Virus record (IMG/VR): IMGVR_UViG_3300043409_001462
Location: 109,385-173,384 of that record
DNA length: 64,000 nt
From: a virus
Reading direction: 5' to 3' (one strand)
Positions 14,604 to 23,869 of the stretch are shown here, piece by piece. Within the stretch, counting starts at the first letter, position 1. Each line of letters begins with the position of its first letter. A program made the translations under genes and the position numbers. The notes under the pieces are model-generated. The model made no database searches and was not told where the DNA came from. It saw only the letters and a program-made list of their open reading frames with translations.

Positions 14604-14798
14604 ATGTCAAAACCAAAGTTCAAAGTTTGCTACGATGTTAAGCACGTCGTAAAAGGTGATGGTATCTATGGATTACTCGTCACCAAAAAGTCTTACTTCC
14701 ATACCTTACAGGAAGCATTCTCCTTCTCTAAGGAGATTTATGGTCTTCGTATAAATGGTGTAGAAGTAGTAGGTCGTCCATCTATCGAACGTATGTGA
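14604..14798 (+). CDS. Hypothetical protein
   Basis: AAGGAG RBS. Confidence 0.7.
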   Translation: MSKPKFKVCYDVKHVVKGDGIYGLLVTKKSYFHTLQEAFSFSKEIYGLRINGVEVVGRPSIERM

Positions 14799-14805
14799 GG
14801 GAACT

Positions 14806-15087
14806 ATGCGTAAACTGTTGATCGTTGCATCTTTGTTGGCTATGTCTTCAGCTGCAATCGCTGCAGACGGTCGACGTATGTATGGTGGTCCTAATCGACC
14901 TGCTCATGGACATCATCGTCACCATAACGTACTGCCATGGATAGCTGGTGGATTAGCTCTTGGAGCAATTGCTGGTGGAGCATATTACTACGACCATAGC
15001 CCACCAAGGTATCGTCGTCAGTGTTATGACGATTTAATTGGTTACGATCGTTATGGTCGTGAAGTTTGGCGCAAATATTGCAATTGA
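14806..15087 (+). CDS. Small secreted glycine-zipper protein
   Basis: Signal peptide, His-rich linker, AGGLALGAIAGG, C-terminal Cys pair; resembles small alphaproteobacterial periplasmic proteins. Confidence 0.7.
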   Translation: MRKLLIVASLLAMSSAAIAADGRRMYGGPNRPAHGHHRHHNVLPWIAGGLALGAIAGGAYYYDHSPPRYRRQCYDDLIGYDRYGREVWRKYCN

Positions 15088-15094
15088 GGTTAAT

Positions 15095-15274
15095 ATGAAA
15101 ATTGGTGATACAGTAGAGTTGATAGATGAGAATGATTACGAAGGCAACTATCGTGGTCGTATGAAGGTGGTCAACATCAAAGGTCTGTCCGTTCTGTGCG
15201 ACCACCCATTCTACGACGAGTTGCTTTGGGTTCTTGAGGATCAATTGGTGGTAATGGAGGAAGCAAATGACTGA
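15095..15274 (+). CDS. Hypothetical protein (SH3/KOW-like MKIGDTV start)
   Basis: GAGG RBS. Confidence 0.65.
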   Translation: MKIGDTVELIDENDYEGNYRGRMKVVNIKGLSVLCDHPFYDELLWVLEDQLVVMEEAND

Positions 15275-15491
15275 TGATGGTAAGTACAAGTGCACATACT
15301 CTTTTAGCTGTGAATATGAGAATGTTGCTTTGCCTGGCGAGCCGAAGCACAGCTTGAATGTTCTATCTTTCGATGGTACTGATGCTCACATTCAAACAGT
15401 GGTCAACCAGTTTGTTACCTTTTTGAAGGCATCTGGTTACAGTTTCCAGGATTTGGAGATCATTAAAGATGCTAATTCCTACAAAGTATAG
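15267..15491 (+). CDS. Hypothetical protein
   Basis: GGAGG RBS, overlapping chain. Confidence 0.7.
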   Translation: MTDDGKYKCTYSFSCEYENVALPGEPKHSLNVLSFDGTDAHIQTVVNQFVTFLKASGYSFQDLEIIKDANSYKV

Positions 15492-15822
15492 CATTGGGTA
15501 CACCTATTGGGTGCCTCGTGTTTACAAGCAATTTGTGAGTACAGAAACTCTTTATTATGAAGGTGAAGAGTGGACTCGTGATGTGTATGAAATGCGTGCT
15601 TTTGCCAAGCAGAAGGTGGTCCGTTGTATGGAAATCAAGGTCCATAAAAATGGTACGCATTCTGTAATGTATGGTGTAGAGAATATTACAGATGCTGGTA
15701 CAAGTATGTTTCAGTGGTATCCAGAAGCAAATATACCTGAAAGCAATACCGAAGAGATTGCTCTAGCTTTTGCTGAGGGATTCTTGAAAGATAACCCAGA
15801 CACAGAATACTTTGGTAACTAG
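15469..15822 (+). CDS. Hypothetical protein
   Basis: Overlapping gene chain. Confidence 0.7.
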   Translation: MLIPTKYSIGYTYWVPRVYKQFVSTETLYYEGEEWTRDVYEMRAFAKQKVVRCMEIKVHKNGTHSVMYGVENITDAGTSMFQWYPEANIPESNTEEIALAFAEGFLKDNPDTEYFGN

Positions 15823-15832
15823 GAGATAAGTA

Positions 15833-16072
15833 ATGATAGATAATGCATTGCAGTTGATTAACCATAAAGGTGCGCTGTTGAAGGAGATTGCATTCCTTGA
15901 AACACAGCTTAAAGATCACGATACTGGTCATATCCGTACAGCTATCAGTGTTCTTGAAGGTCGTGTGAAGGATATCGTTGAGTTTCTTAATGATACCGAT
16001 AGAAAGTCAAAGCATTTGATGAATGGTATCATGAATTGGGACAAGATTATGTCCACACCTGGTAACCTATAA
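15833..16072 (+). CDS. Hypothetical protein
   Basis: AGGAG RBS. Confidence 0.7.
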   Translation: MIDNALQLINHKGALLKEIAFLETQLKDHDTGHIRTAISVLEGRVKDIVEFLNDTDRKSKHLMNGIMNWDKIMSTPGNL

Positions 16073-16101
16073 TAAGTAGTGGTGTTGTTAAAGTTTATTG
16101 A

Positions 16102-16177
16102 TCGGGGTTAGTTCAATTGGTAGAACTACAGACTTTGAATCTGTGTGTTGGTGGTTCGAGCCCATCACCCCGAGCCA
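16102..16177 (+). tRNA. tRNA-Gln(TTG)
   Basis: Cloverleaf, loop CTTTGAA, U1-A72, CCA. Confidence 0.93.
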
Positions 16178-16190
16178 ACTTTGGAGATAT

Positions 16191-16358
16191 ATGATGGATG
16201 GATATCAAGGCGATTCAAATAATTTACTCGAAAAACTCAAATATGCTACTCAAAGTTCTTCAATAGTAGATTTATATTGGGGTGAAGTTATGGAACTTTT
16301 GAGAGAAAGTCGAGATAAAATTGAAGAATTGACTTCACTTCTTAAAGAGGATAAGTGA
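16191..16358 (+). CDS. Hypothetical protein
   Basis: GGAGA RBS just after tRNA-Gln. Confidence 0.6.
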   Translation: MMDGYQGDSNNLLEKLKYATQSSSIVDLYWGEVMELLRESRDKIEELTSLLKEDK

Positions 16359-16564
16359 TGTTTTTCAGCAAGAAGAACGAAAAGTATATTCGTTGGAAAA
16401 TTGAGATTGATGGTATCACTGCAGAAGGTAAGCCAATCTATCATGTGTACAAAGCAAGAGCGCCATACGGTATGGATTTGGTCTGTGAGTTTCATGACTA
16501 CGATCAAGCAAGGCAATTTGTAGAGAAGCACATTGACTTCCCTATCTACTTCTATAAGGATTAG
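16355..16564 (+). CDS. Hypothetical protein
   Basis: GAGG RBS, GTGA coupling. Confidence 0.65.
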   Translation: MMFFSKKNEKYIRWKIEIDGITAEGKPIYHVYKARAPYGMDLVCEFHDYDQARQFVEKHIDFPIYFYKD

Positions 16565-16566
16565 CA

Positions 16567-16809
16567 ATGCCATTCGGTGGATACAACCCATTAGACGACG
16601 GCGAATACCAAGATTTTTCGCCCTGGTTCAAGCCCAAAAAGGAACCTAAAATGTCAGAGCTTGATTTAACAAAGATACAGTTGGTTTGGTCTCAAGATAT
16701 CTTGGTCAGGATCAAAACAATCCTAGACTCAAAAGGATGGACAGACGAGCAGAAGTTGGTCAGCATTGCTTGGCTTGTAAAGCAAGCTGTTAAAAGAGAA
16801 GATGACTAG
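16567..16809 (+). CDS. Hypothetical protein
   Basis: AAGGA RBS. Confidence 0.65.
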   Translation: MPFGGYNPLDDGEYQDFSPWFKPKKEPKMSELDLTKIQLVWSQDILVRIKTILDSKGWTDEQKLVSIAWLVKQAVKREDD

Positions 16810-17093
16810 TTTTTCTTCTCTGCTCTCTTCTTCGCCTCGTCAAGCGTCTTATACAATGCATTCATATTCTTCTGGCACTCAGTATTCTTTGAATGTAATT
16901 CTACCAGAAGTTTTGCAACCTGCACATCCGTTAAAGTTTCAGAATTTGGAAATCGTCTTACGTTTTGACAGTAAAACATCGATTTGTCTGGCACAACTAC
17001 CTGTAGTTCTGTTTTAGTAATAATTTGTGGCGGAAGAGCTTTGGCGCATCCTGCAAGAGATAAAGCTATAAACGAAGCAAATATTACTCTCAT
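16806..17093 (-). CDS. Putative o-spanin (Rz1-like lipoprotein)
   Basis: Lipobox LAG-C, Pro-rich, coupled to upstream TM/coiled-coil gene. Confidence 0.7.
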   Translation of the reverse strand: MRVIFASFIALSLAGCAKALPPQIITKTELQVVVPDKSMFYCQNVRRFPNSETLTDVQVAKLLVELHSKNTECQKNMNALYKTLDEAKKRAEKKN

Positions 17094-17455
17094 TTTACCA
17101 CATCCTTCAGCTTGTTTACTGTATCTTTAAGAACCTTTGAAGACTCTTTATCAGCTGCAACTGTTTCTTTCGAATTTAAATCTGCGCTAATAGAATTGAT
17201 TTTATCTTCAAAAACTTTTTTTGATGCAGCGTTTTCTGCTTCTATTTCTCTACGCTTCTTTTCGATATCTTCGATTTGTTGACGTAGTATTTCTTTGTCT
17301 TTGGCGTCCTGTTCGATTTGTTTTTGGTTGTACTCTAAAAGAGCTTCGCGCTCGATACCTGCGCGCCAAGAATAATACCCTGCTGAAAGAGCACCGAATG
17401 CTAGTATACCAATAAATATGTAAAGTTGTAAACGTCCAAACATCGTAACCTCCAT
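17090..17455 (-). CDS. Putative i-spanin (Rz-like)
   Basis: N-terminal TM helix plus long coiled coil; minus-strand late promoter upstream. Confidence 0.7.
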   Translation of the reverse strand: MEVTMFGRLQLYIFIGILAFGALSAGYYSWRAGIEREALLEYNQKQIEQDAKDKEILRQQIEDIEKKRREIEAENAASKKVFEDKINSISADLNSKETVAADKESSKVLKDTVNKLKDVVK

Positions 17456-17465
17456 AGCTAGGAGC

Positions 17466-17473
17466 TATTTATA
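17466..17473 (-). promoter_or_regulatory. T4-type late promoter (minus strand) for the spanin pair
   Basis: TATTTATA = TATAAATA on the minus strand. Confidence 0.7.
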
Positions 17474-18078
17474 TGAAAGTATATCTCGGACCTTATAAAA
17501 ACTGGATTGGACCGTATCAGATTGCCGATGCTGTTTTCTTTTGGGTAAATCGTCGTGGTGTCTTTGCTGACGATGACCCTCGTCATGACCGTTGGGACTA
17601 CAAGGCAGCTGATGCGTTTGGCGACTGGCTCGCTGATATCAAGTGGCTCTATAAGTCTTGTAACTGGATTCATGCGAAGCGCAAGCGTAATATCAAGGTA
17701 CGTATTGACGAGTATGACACTTGGTCAATGGATCACACTCTTGCTTACATCGTTCTGCCTATGCTTAAACAGTTGAAAGCTACAAAGCACGGCTCGCCTT
17801 TCGTTGATGATGAGGATGTTCCTGAACACCTTCGTTCAACTGCTGCACCAGAACTAACTGACGAAGAAAAGAAATGGGGTGAAACAGATGCGTTGTTTCA
17901 TGACCGTTGGGTTTATGTTCTCGACGAAATGATCTTCGCTTTTGAATTAGAAATTAACGACGAATGGGATGATGAATATCACAAAAGTGGCGATTATGAT
18001 GCTATGAACGTTATTGGTGATCGTCAGAAAAACGGCTTCCGCTTGTTCGGTAAATATTATCAGGGGCTATGGGACTAA
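17473..18078 (+). CDS. Hypothetical phage protein
   Basis: AGGAG RBS; 201 aa. Confidence 0.8.
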   Translation: MKVYLGPYKNWIGPYQIADAVFFWVNRRGVFADDDPRHDRWDYKAADAFGDWLADIKWLYKSCNWIHAKRKRNIKVRIDEYDTWSMDHTLAYIVLPMLKQLKATKHGSPFVDDEDVPEHLRSTAAPELTDEEKKWGETDALFHDRWVYVLDEMIFAFELEINDEWDDEYHKSGDYDAMNVIGDRQKNGFRLFGKYYQGLWD

Positions 18079-18293
18079 TGGAAACTCTGACTCAATACAC
18101 TCAAATCCCAGAAGAAGTTGTACAGCAAGCAGCAGAGATGTGTTCAGATGATGAAAACAATAGCTTCTTTAGAATATGGAATGTTGGTCAAGGGTATAAG
18201 TCTGCTGGTATGACACCTATCTATTTACTAGATCAAACAGTAATGCAATTATTTGTTGTAGCCCAAGAAACTTTTGGAAAAAAATTGCACTAA
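18069..18293 (+). CDS. Hypothetical protein
   Basis: Coupled ORF (start may be 18078). Confidence 0.65.
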   Translation: MGLMETLTQYTQIPEEVVQQAAEMCSDDENNSFFRIWNVGQGYKSAGMTPIYLLDQTVMQLFVVAQETFGKKLH

Positions 18294-18296
18294 CCC

Positions 18297-18325
18297 CTTT
18301 AAAAATATTGCGTCGCAACCTATAT
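18297..18325 (+). promoter_or_regulatory. RpoH (sigma32)-like heat-shock promoter
   Basis: CTTTAA-16-CCTATAT versus alphaproteobacterial CTTGAA-N15/16-CCTATAT. Confidence 0.55.
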
Positions 18326-18330
18326 AATAT

Positions 18331-18386
18331 GTGAGATGCCAGTCGGGTCTCGCAATTATCAACTCTCGCTTCACAGGAGAACTACT
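18331..18386 (+). promoter_or_regulatory. ROSE-type RNA thermometer
   Basis: 5' hairpin plus TCTCGCT-TCAC-AGGAGA hairpin sequestering the SD with a bulged G (U(U/C)GCU motif). Confidence 0.75.
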
Positions 18387-18881
18387 ATGACTAACTTTAA
18401 ATTCGATCACACATTCTCAGACCTCGCCAAGTTCGACAAGTTTTATGTTGGCTCTGATAAGTTTCTAGCAAAGATGCAGGAAACAGCAGAGCATCTAGCA
18501 AATACTGCAACTCATGGCGCGTATCCTCCATTTAACCTCAAGAAAACTGATGACAATGTTTATGTCGTCGAGCTTGCTGTTGCTGGCTTTGCTAAGCAGG
18601 ATATCGAGCTTACGCTTGAAGAGAATAAGCTAATCATCAAGGGTGGCACTACACTTGATACTCTTACATCTGATGGTATCGATACTCAGTACCTTCATAA
18701 GGGCATTTCAGACCGTGCATTTACCCGCACCTTCTCGCTCGCTGACAATGTTGTCGTGAATAATGCGCAGATGGTTAATGGACTTCTTAAAATTTGGCTG
18801 GAACACATTATTCCAGAGCACAAGAAGCCAAAGAAAATTGACATCGAAGAAGAGGTAGCGACAAAGGTTGCTAAGAAATAA
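18387..18881 (+). CDS. ibpA: Small heat shock protein (Hsp20/IbpA family)
   Basis: YPPFNL, ELAVAGF, YLHKGISDRAFTRTF, NGLL, PKKIDI. Confidence 0.92.
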   Translation: MTNFKFDHTFSDLAKFDKFYVGSDKFLAKMQETAEHLANTATHGAYPPFNLKKTDDNVYVVELAVAGFAKQDIELTLEENKLIIKGGTTLDTLTSDGIDTQYLHKGISDRAFTRTFSLADNVVVNNAQMVNGLLKIWLEHIIPEHKKPKKIDIEEEVATKVAKK

Positions 18882-19076
18882 ATGTTTGACTTGTTTACAA
18901 ATTATATCGACCAATCATTAATTTGGATGAAGAGAAGCTTTGCTTATAATAAGGCAGCATCAGAGCTTCATAATCTTTCTGATAGAGAGCTTGCCGACTT
19001 GGGCATTTACCGTGGTGAAGTACATAATGTCGTTTTGAATACATTGAGACAGCGAATCCCAAGTCGGTCCTTTTAA
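18882..19076 (+). CDS. DUF1127 (YjiS-like) small protein
   Basis: ELHNLSDRELADLGIYRGEV. Confidence 0.85.
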   Translation: MFDLFTNYIDQSLIWMKRSFAYNKAASELHNLSDRELADLGIYRGEVHNVVLNTLRQRIPSRSF

Positions 19077-19084
19077 CAATAAAT

Positions 19085-19113
19085 AACGGGGAAGCAATTC
19101 CCCGTTTTCTTTT
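19085..19113 (+). terminator. Rho-independent terminator
   Basis: AACGGGGAA-GCAA-TTCCCCGTT plus T-rich tail. Confidence 0.8.
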
Positions 19114-19740
19114 ATGGAGATAGATATGAAAGTCACACTCGAACAATTATGCAATTTCTTCGAAGACACAGATGATTTTGTGCTAGAGAAATTCGTCGGT
19201 CCAATTAATCAAATTATCGAAGATTTTGACATCAATACACCTAAGCGTTTGTCTATGTTTCTTGCACAGGTAGGGCATGAGTCAGGTGGGTTGACAAGGC
19301 TTCATGAGAATTTGAACTACAAGGCTGCTCGCCTTTCTCAGATCTTTCCAAAATATTTCAGGGACGTTGATCCTGATGATTATGCAAACAAGCCTGAAGC
19401 TATCGCTAATCGTGTGTACGCTAGTCGCATGGGTAATGGTGATGAAGATTCTGGTGATGGTTATCGCTTTCGCGGTCGTGGTGCTATCCAGTTGACTGGT
19501 CGTTCGAATTACACTGCATGTGGTGCAGATCTTGAAGTTGATTTGATTAACAATCCCGACTGGTTGGAAACTCCAGAAGGTGCTATTATGTCAGCTGCTT
19601 GGTTCTGGGACCAGCATGATCTAAATGACTGGGCGGACAAGAGTGATGTTACTACAGTATCAAAGAAGATCAATGGTGGTACTATTGGTCTCGAAGAGCG
19701 CAAAGAACTATTTGAAGAAGCACTCACAATTTTCGCTTGA
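19114..19740 (+). CDS. Glycoside hydrolase family 19 endolysin
   Basis: FLAQVGHESGG, ENLNY, FRGRGAIQLTGRSNY, SAAWFW, INGG; start may be 19126. Confidence 0.9.
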   Translation: MEIDMKVTLEQLCNFFEDTDDFVLEKFVGPINQIIEDFDINTPKRLSMFLAQVGHESGGLTRLHENLNYKAARLSQIFPKYFRDVDPDDYANKPEAIANRVYASRMGNGDEDSGDGYRFRGRGAIQLTGRSNYTACGADLEVDLINNPDWLETPEGAIMSAAWFWDQHDLNDWADKSDVTTVSKKINGGTIGLEERKELFEEALTIFA

Positions 19741-19801
19741 TTTTTTCAACGTAGTAGGGTATTATTGGTAACAGTGATGCCCTACACTCACATTCGGAGT
19801 T

Positions 19802-22270
19802 ATGATGAAGTTTTACACAAGTGTTTATCAGCGTGGAGATAAGATTTATGTTCGTGGTTATGAAGACGGTCAACGTGTAGAATTTATCGAGAAGTATAAG
19901 CCATACCTCTTTCTTCCTAAGAAGGATGGGTTTTATCGTACACTGGATGGTAAGCAAGTTGATAAAATGCAGTTCGAGTCTATTTCGGACGCACGTGATT
20001 TTTGTGAGAAATATAAAGACGTATCGAACTTTGATTATTATGGACTGAACAACTATCAATATGTGTTTATGTATGACTATTACAACGGCGAGATCAATTA
20101 CGATCCGTCGATTATTTCAGTAGTAACTATCGATATCGAGTGTGCAGCTGACGAGGGATTTCCTGATATTCAGAAGGCTGATAAAGAAATCACAGCTATC
20201 ACTCTACGTAAGAACGGTAAGAACATTGTGTTCGGATGTGGAGAATATATTGAGCACAATGATGAGACCAAGTATATTCGTTGCAAAGATGAATTCGAAT
20301 TGCTTGATAAATTTATCAAAGTGTGGAATCATCCTACTTGGAAGCCAGATGTTGTTACTGGTTGGAACATAGAGTTCTTCGACATTCCTTACACGGTCAA
20401 TCGTATCAAGAACGTACTAGGCATAGAGTATGCTAAGAAGCTATCTCCTTGGCTTATTCTTGACGAGAAAGAAGTTGAATTCAAAGGCAAAAAAAATCAA
20501 ACATACACTCCAGCTGGTATTGCTGTTCTTGACTATTATCAGTTGTATCGTAAGTTTTCATTCGGTAACCAAGAGAACTATAAGCTAGATTATATTTCTC
20601 AAGTTGAGCTGGGCGAGCAAAAGATCGATTACTCTGAATATGGTTCATTGCTTGAATTGTATAAGAGTAACTTTCAAAAGTTTATCGAGTATAACATTCA
20701 CGACTGTGTGCTTGTTGATAGGCTTGACGAAAAGCTTAAGTTCATTGAACAGGTTATGGCGTTGGCGTATGACGCAAAGGTAAACTATGGTGATACCATG
20801 ACGACTGTTCGTCCATGGGATGTAATTATTCATAACTATCTGCTTGATCGTCGTATTGTTATTCCTCAGTTCGAACCTTCTAGGCAGGAGTTCGAATTGG
20901 TTGGTGGTCATGTGAAGGAACCTGTCCCAGGTTTGTATAAGTGGGTTGTATCATTCGATTTGAACAGTCTGTATCCGCATTTGATTATGCAATATAATAT
21001 CAGCCCAGAAACATTCATTACCCGTTTACCTAACTTCAATTCAATTGATAGTTTGCTTGATGGGACAATGTCGCATAACTGCGAACATGCTATCGCAGCG
21101 AACGGTTGCATCTATCATAAGGACAAGCAAGGGTTTCTACCTCAGCTTATGGAAACAATGTACGACGACCGTACAAAGTATAAGAAGCTAATGATTGAAG
21201 CCAAGAAGCGATATGAGGAAAGTCACTCTCGCGAGGACGAGATGTTGATTGCTCGTTATCATAATATGCAGATGGCCAAGAAGATTCAATTGAACTCAGC
21301 TTACGGTGCGCTTGGTAATAGATACTTCCGTTGGTTCAGCTTTAATAATGCAGAAGCTATCACTATGTCTGGTCAGCTTTCTATCCGTTGGATTGAGAAA
21401 AAGATGAACCAGTTTATGAACAAGGTTTGTAAGACCAAGGGAATAGATTTTGTTGTTGCTTCTGATACCGACTCAATCTATGTTACCTTTGATAGATTGA
21501 TCCCTGCAGGTAGCGACGAACTTGAAGCAGTAAAGTTAATCGATCAGTTCTGCGAAACTAAAATTCAGCATTATATCAACTCATGCTACGACGAGCTAGC
21601 TGGTATGATGAATGCTTATCAGCAGAAGATGCAAATGAAACGCGAAACTATCGCTAACAAGGGCATCTGGCGTAAGAAGAAGATGTATATTTTAAATGCC
21701 TGGAACGTTGAAGGTGTTCAGTATGATAAACCAAAGCTGAAGATTCAGGGTATCGAAGCTGTTCGTTCTTCAACACCTCACGTCTGTCGCGAGAAAATTA
21801 AACAGGCGTTGGATATCATTATGAATAAAGATGAAGAGACACTTCAAGCATTTATTGAAACGTTTCGTCAAGAGTTTCTTGAACTTCCTTTCGAGAAAGT
21901 CGCCTTTCCTCGTGGAATTAAAGGTATGAGTAAGTATTCTAGTAAGAAAGAAATATATATCAAAGGTACACCTATTCAAGTTAAAGGTGCATTGCTTTTC
22001 AATAACCTACTGCAAACTAAAGGTATGAAAAACATACCACCTATCATGGATGGTGATAAAGTTAGGTTTGCTTATCTCAAATTGCCTAATCCTATCGGTG
22101 ATACTGTTATTGCAACTCCTGATGAACTTCCGAAAGAATTCAAGCTTGATAAGTATATCGATCGCGAGATGCAATTCAATAAAAGTTTCGTAGAACCACT
22201 ACGCTCAATCACAGAAGTTATCGACTGGGAAGTTGAGCAGAGAGCAACATTGGAGGATTTCTTTGGCTAA
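19802..22270 (+). CDS. 43: Family B DNA polymerase (T4 gp43)
   Basis: DIE, GWNIEFFD, SFDLNSLYP, KIQLNSAYG, SDTDS. Confidence 0.97.
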   Translation: MMKFYTSVYQRGDKIYVRGYEDGQRVEFIEKYKPYLFLPKKDGFYRTLDGKQVDKMQFESISDARDFCEKYKDVSNFDYYGLNNYQYVFMYDYYNGEINYDPSIISVVTIDIECAADEGFPDIQKADKEITAITLRKNGKNIVFGCGEYIEHNDETKYIRCKDEFELLDKFIKVWNHPTWKPDVVTGWNIEFFDIPYTVNRIKNVLGIEYAKKLSPWLILDEKEVEFKGKKNQTYTPAGIAVLDYYQLYRKFSFGNQENYKLDYISQVELGEQKIDYSEYGSLLELYKSNFQKFIEYNIHDCVLVDRLDEKLKFIEQVMALAYDAKVNYGDTMTTVRPWDVIIHNYLLDRRIVIPQFEPSRQEFELVGGHVKEPVPGLYKWVVSFDLNSLYPHLIMQYNISPETFITRLPNFNSIDSLLDGTMSHNCEHAIAANGCIYHKDKQGFLPQLMETMYDDRTKYKKLMIEAKKRYEESHSREDEMLIARYHNMQMAKKIQLNSAYGALGNRYFRWFSFNNAEAITMSGQLSIRWIEKKMNQFMNKVCKTKGIDFVVASDTDSIYVTFDRLIPAGSDELEAVKLIDQFCETKIQHYINSCYDELAGMMNAYQQKMQMKRETIANKGIWRKKKMYILNAWNVEGVQYDKPKLKIQGIEAVRSSTPHVCREKIKQALDIIMNKDEETLQAFIETFRQEFLELPFEKVAFPRGIKGMSKYSSKKEIYIKGTPIQVKGALLFNNLLQTKGMKNIPPIMDGDKVRFAYLKLPNPIGDTVIATPDELPKEFKLDKYIDREMQFNKSFVEPLRSITEVIDWEVEQRATLEDFFG

Positions 22271-22484
22271 AACAGATGACGACAACGACTTCGGTTTTTC
22301 TTTCTCGCATACCGAAGATATTAAAATAGAAGCCAACGATAAAGTTGAAGGGTTGAGAAAGATGATTATGCCTCTACTCAACAATCTAATGAAGAACCCA
22401 GACAAGGACACAATTGTTTGGCCAGATCGCGAAAAGAAAATTAAAGCATTCATCAAAAAGATGGATGACTATATTAACTCTTGA
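22233..22484 (+). CDS. Hypothetical protein
   Basis: Short ORF between gp43 and uvsX; start uncertain. Confidence 0.65.
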   Translation: MSREQHWRISLAKTDDDNDFGFSFSHTEDIKIEANDKVEGLRKMIMPLLNNLMKNPDKDTIVWPDREKKIKAFIKKMDDYINS

Positions 22485-22509
22485 CAAATACAATAATATA
22501 AGCTATACT
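22481..22509 (+). promoter_or_regulatory. Sigma70-type promoter for uvsX
   Basis: TTGACA-17-TATACT. Confidence 0.75.
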
Positions 22510-22533
22510 AATAATATTACATAGGAGAACAAT

Positions 22534-23574
22534 ATGTCGCTTAAAGATCGTTTGATTAAGAACTCTACTATTGATTTGACTTCTACTCTTGAAGATAGCA
22601 AGATCTTCACCAAGAAGGATATGATTCCTACCTCTGTACCTATGATCAACGTTGCGTTGTCAGGGTCAGTTGATGGCGGTATTACTCCTGGTCTAACCAT
22701 GCTTGCAGGTCCGTCAAAGCATTTCAAAACTGGTTTTGCTTTGCTACTCGCCTCAGCTTTTCTAAAGAAGTATAAAGATGGAATTATTCTCTTTTATGAT
22801 TCTGAGTTTGGTACTCCTCAGTCTTATTTTCAAACGTTTAATATTCCTTTCGATTCTGTGGTGCATACACCGATTACTGATATCGAAGAGCTAAAGTTCG
22901 ATATCATGCAGCAGATGAAAGAACTAGGTCGTGATGATCATTGTATGATTGTTATTGACTCTATCGGTAATCTTGCTTCAAAGAAGGAAGTCGAAGACGC
23001 TCTTGATGGTAAGTCTGTTGCTGATATGACTCGTGCCAAGCAGCTTAAGTCATTGTTCCGTATGATTACACCTCATCTGACTCTCAAGGATATTCCTATG
23101 GCTGTAATCAATCATACGTATAAGGAAATTGGTCTCTATCCCAAGGATATCGTTGGCGGTGGTACAGGCTCGTATTATGGTTCAGACAACATCTGGATCC
23201 TTGGGCGTCAACAGGAAAAGGATAGCGATGGTATTTCGGGTTATCATTTCGTAATTAATGTGGAGAAGTCAAGATATGTCAGAGAAAAGTCAAAGATTCC
23301 TATCACTGTTTCATTCGAAGGAGGTATTAATCGCTGGTCTGGCTTGCTTGATGTCGCTCTTGATGGTGGCTACATTGTTAAACCTAAAAATGGATGGTAT
23401 GCTACGGTGGATAGAGATACTGGCGAAGTTCGTCAGCCCTCAATGAGAGCTGGTGATATTGTTGACAATGGCGAATTTTGGAAAAATATGTTTTTGTCAA
23501 CTGACTTTTCTAAGTATATTGAGAACAAATATAAGATGTCTATGGGTCCAATTATGGAGAGTGATGATGAGTAA
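22534..23574 (+). CDS. uvsX: RecA-like recombinase UvsX
   Basis: AGPSKHFKT Walker A, YDSEFG, DSIGNLASKKE. Confidence 0.95.
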   Translation: MSLKDRLIKNSTIDLTSTLEDSKIFTKKDMIPTSVPMINVALSGSVDGGITPGLTMLAGPSKHFKTGFALLLASAFLKKYKDGIILFYDSEFGTPQSYFQTFNIPFDSVVHTPITDIEELKFDIMQQMKELGRDDHCMIVIDSIGNLASKKEVEDALDGKSVADMTRAKQLKSLFRMITPHLTLKDIPMAVINHTYKEIGLYPKDIVGGGTGSYYGSDNIWILGRQQEKDSDGISGYHFVINVEKSRYVREKSKIPITVSFEGGINRWSGLLDVALDGGYIVKPKNGWYATVDRDTGEVRQPSMRAGDIVDNGEFWKNMFLSTDFSKYIENKYKMSMGPIMESDDE

Positions 23575-23788
23575 GGTACTGTCTGAATTTTGGAGTGATG
23601 ATAATTACAAGAAAGCTTTGGTTTGTGTTGATGCTAAAACTCAATGCTATTTTATTGAGTGTTACGATGTACATCTTAGTGGATTAAAGATTGTAGATAC
23701 AATTTCTTTTCCTGGTAGGAGCCTTAGATATGCAGAAGATGCAGCTGAGAACTTTATACTTGGTATACTAAATGTCAAAGCTTCTTAA
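23564..23788 (+). CDS. Hypothetical protein
   Basis: GGAG RBS; fills the uvsX-gp41 gap. Confidence 0.6.
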   Translation: MMSKVLSEFWSDDNYKKALVCVDAKTQCYFIECYDVHLSGLKIVDTISFPGRSLRYAEDAAENFILGILNVKAS

Positions 23789-23869
23789 TTATACAGCTCC
23801 ATTAAGATCCTCGGTGGAAGTGGGTTCACCGAGGTTGGCGAAATTTGCAAAAGACGTAACGGAGAATAG

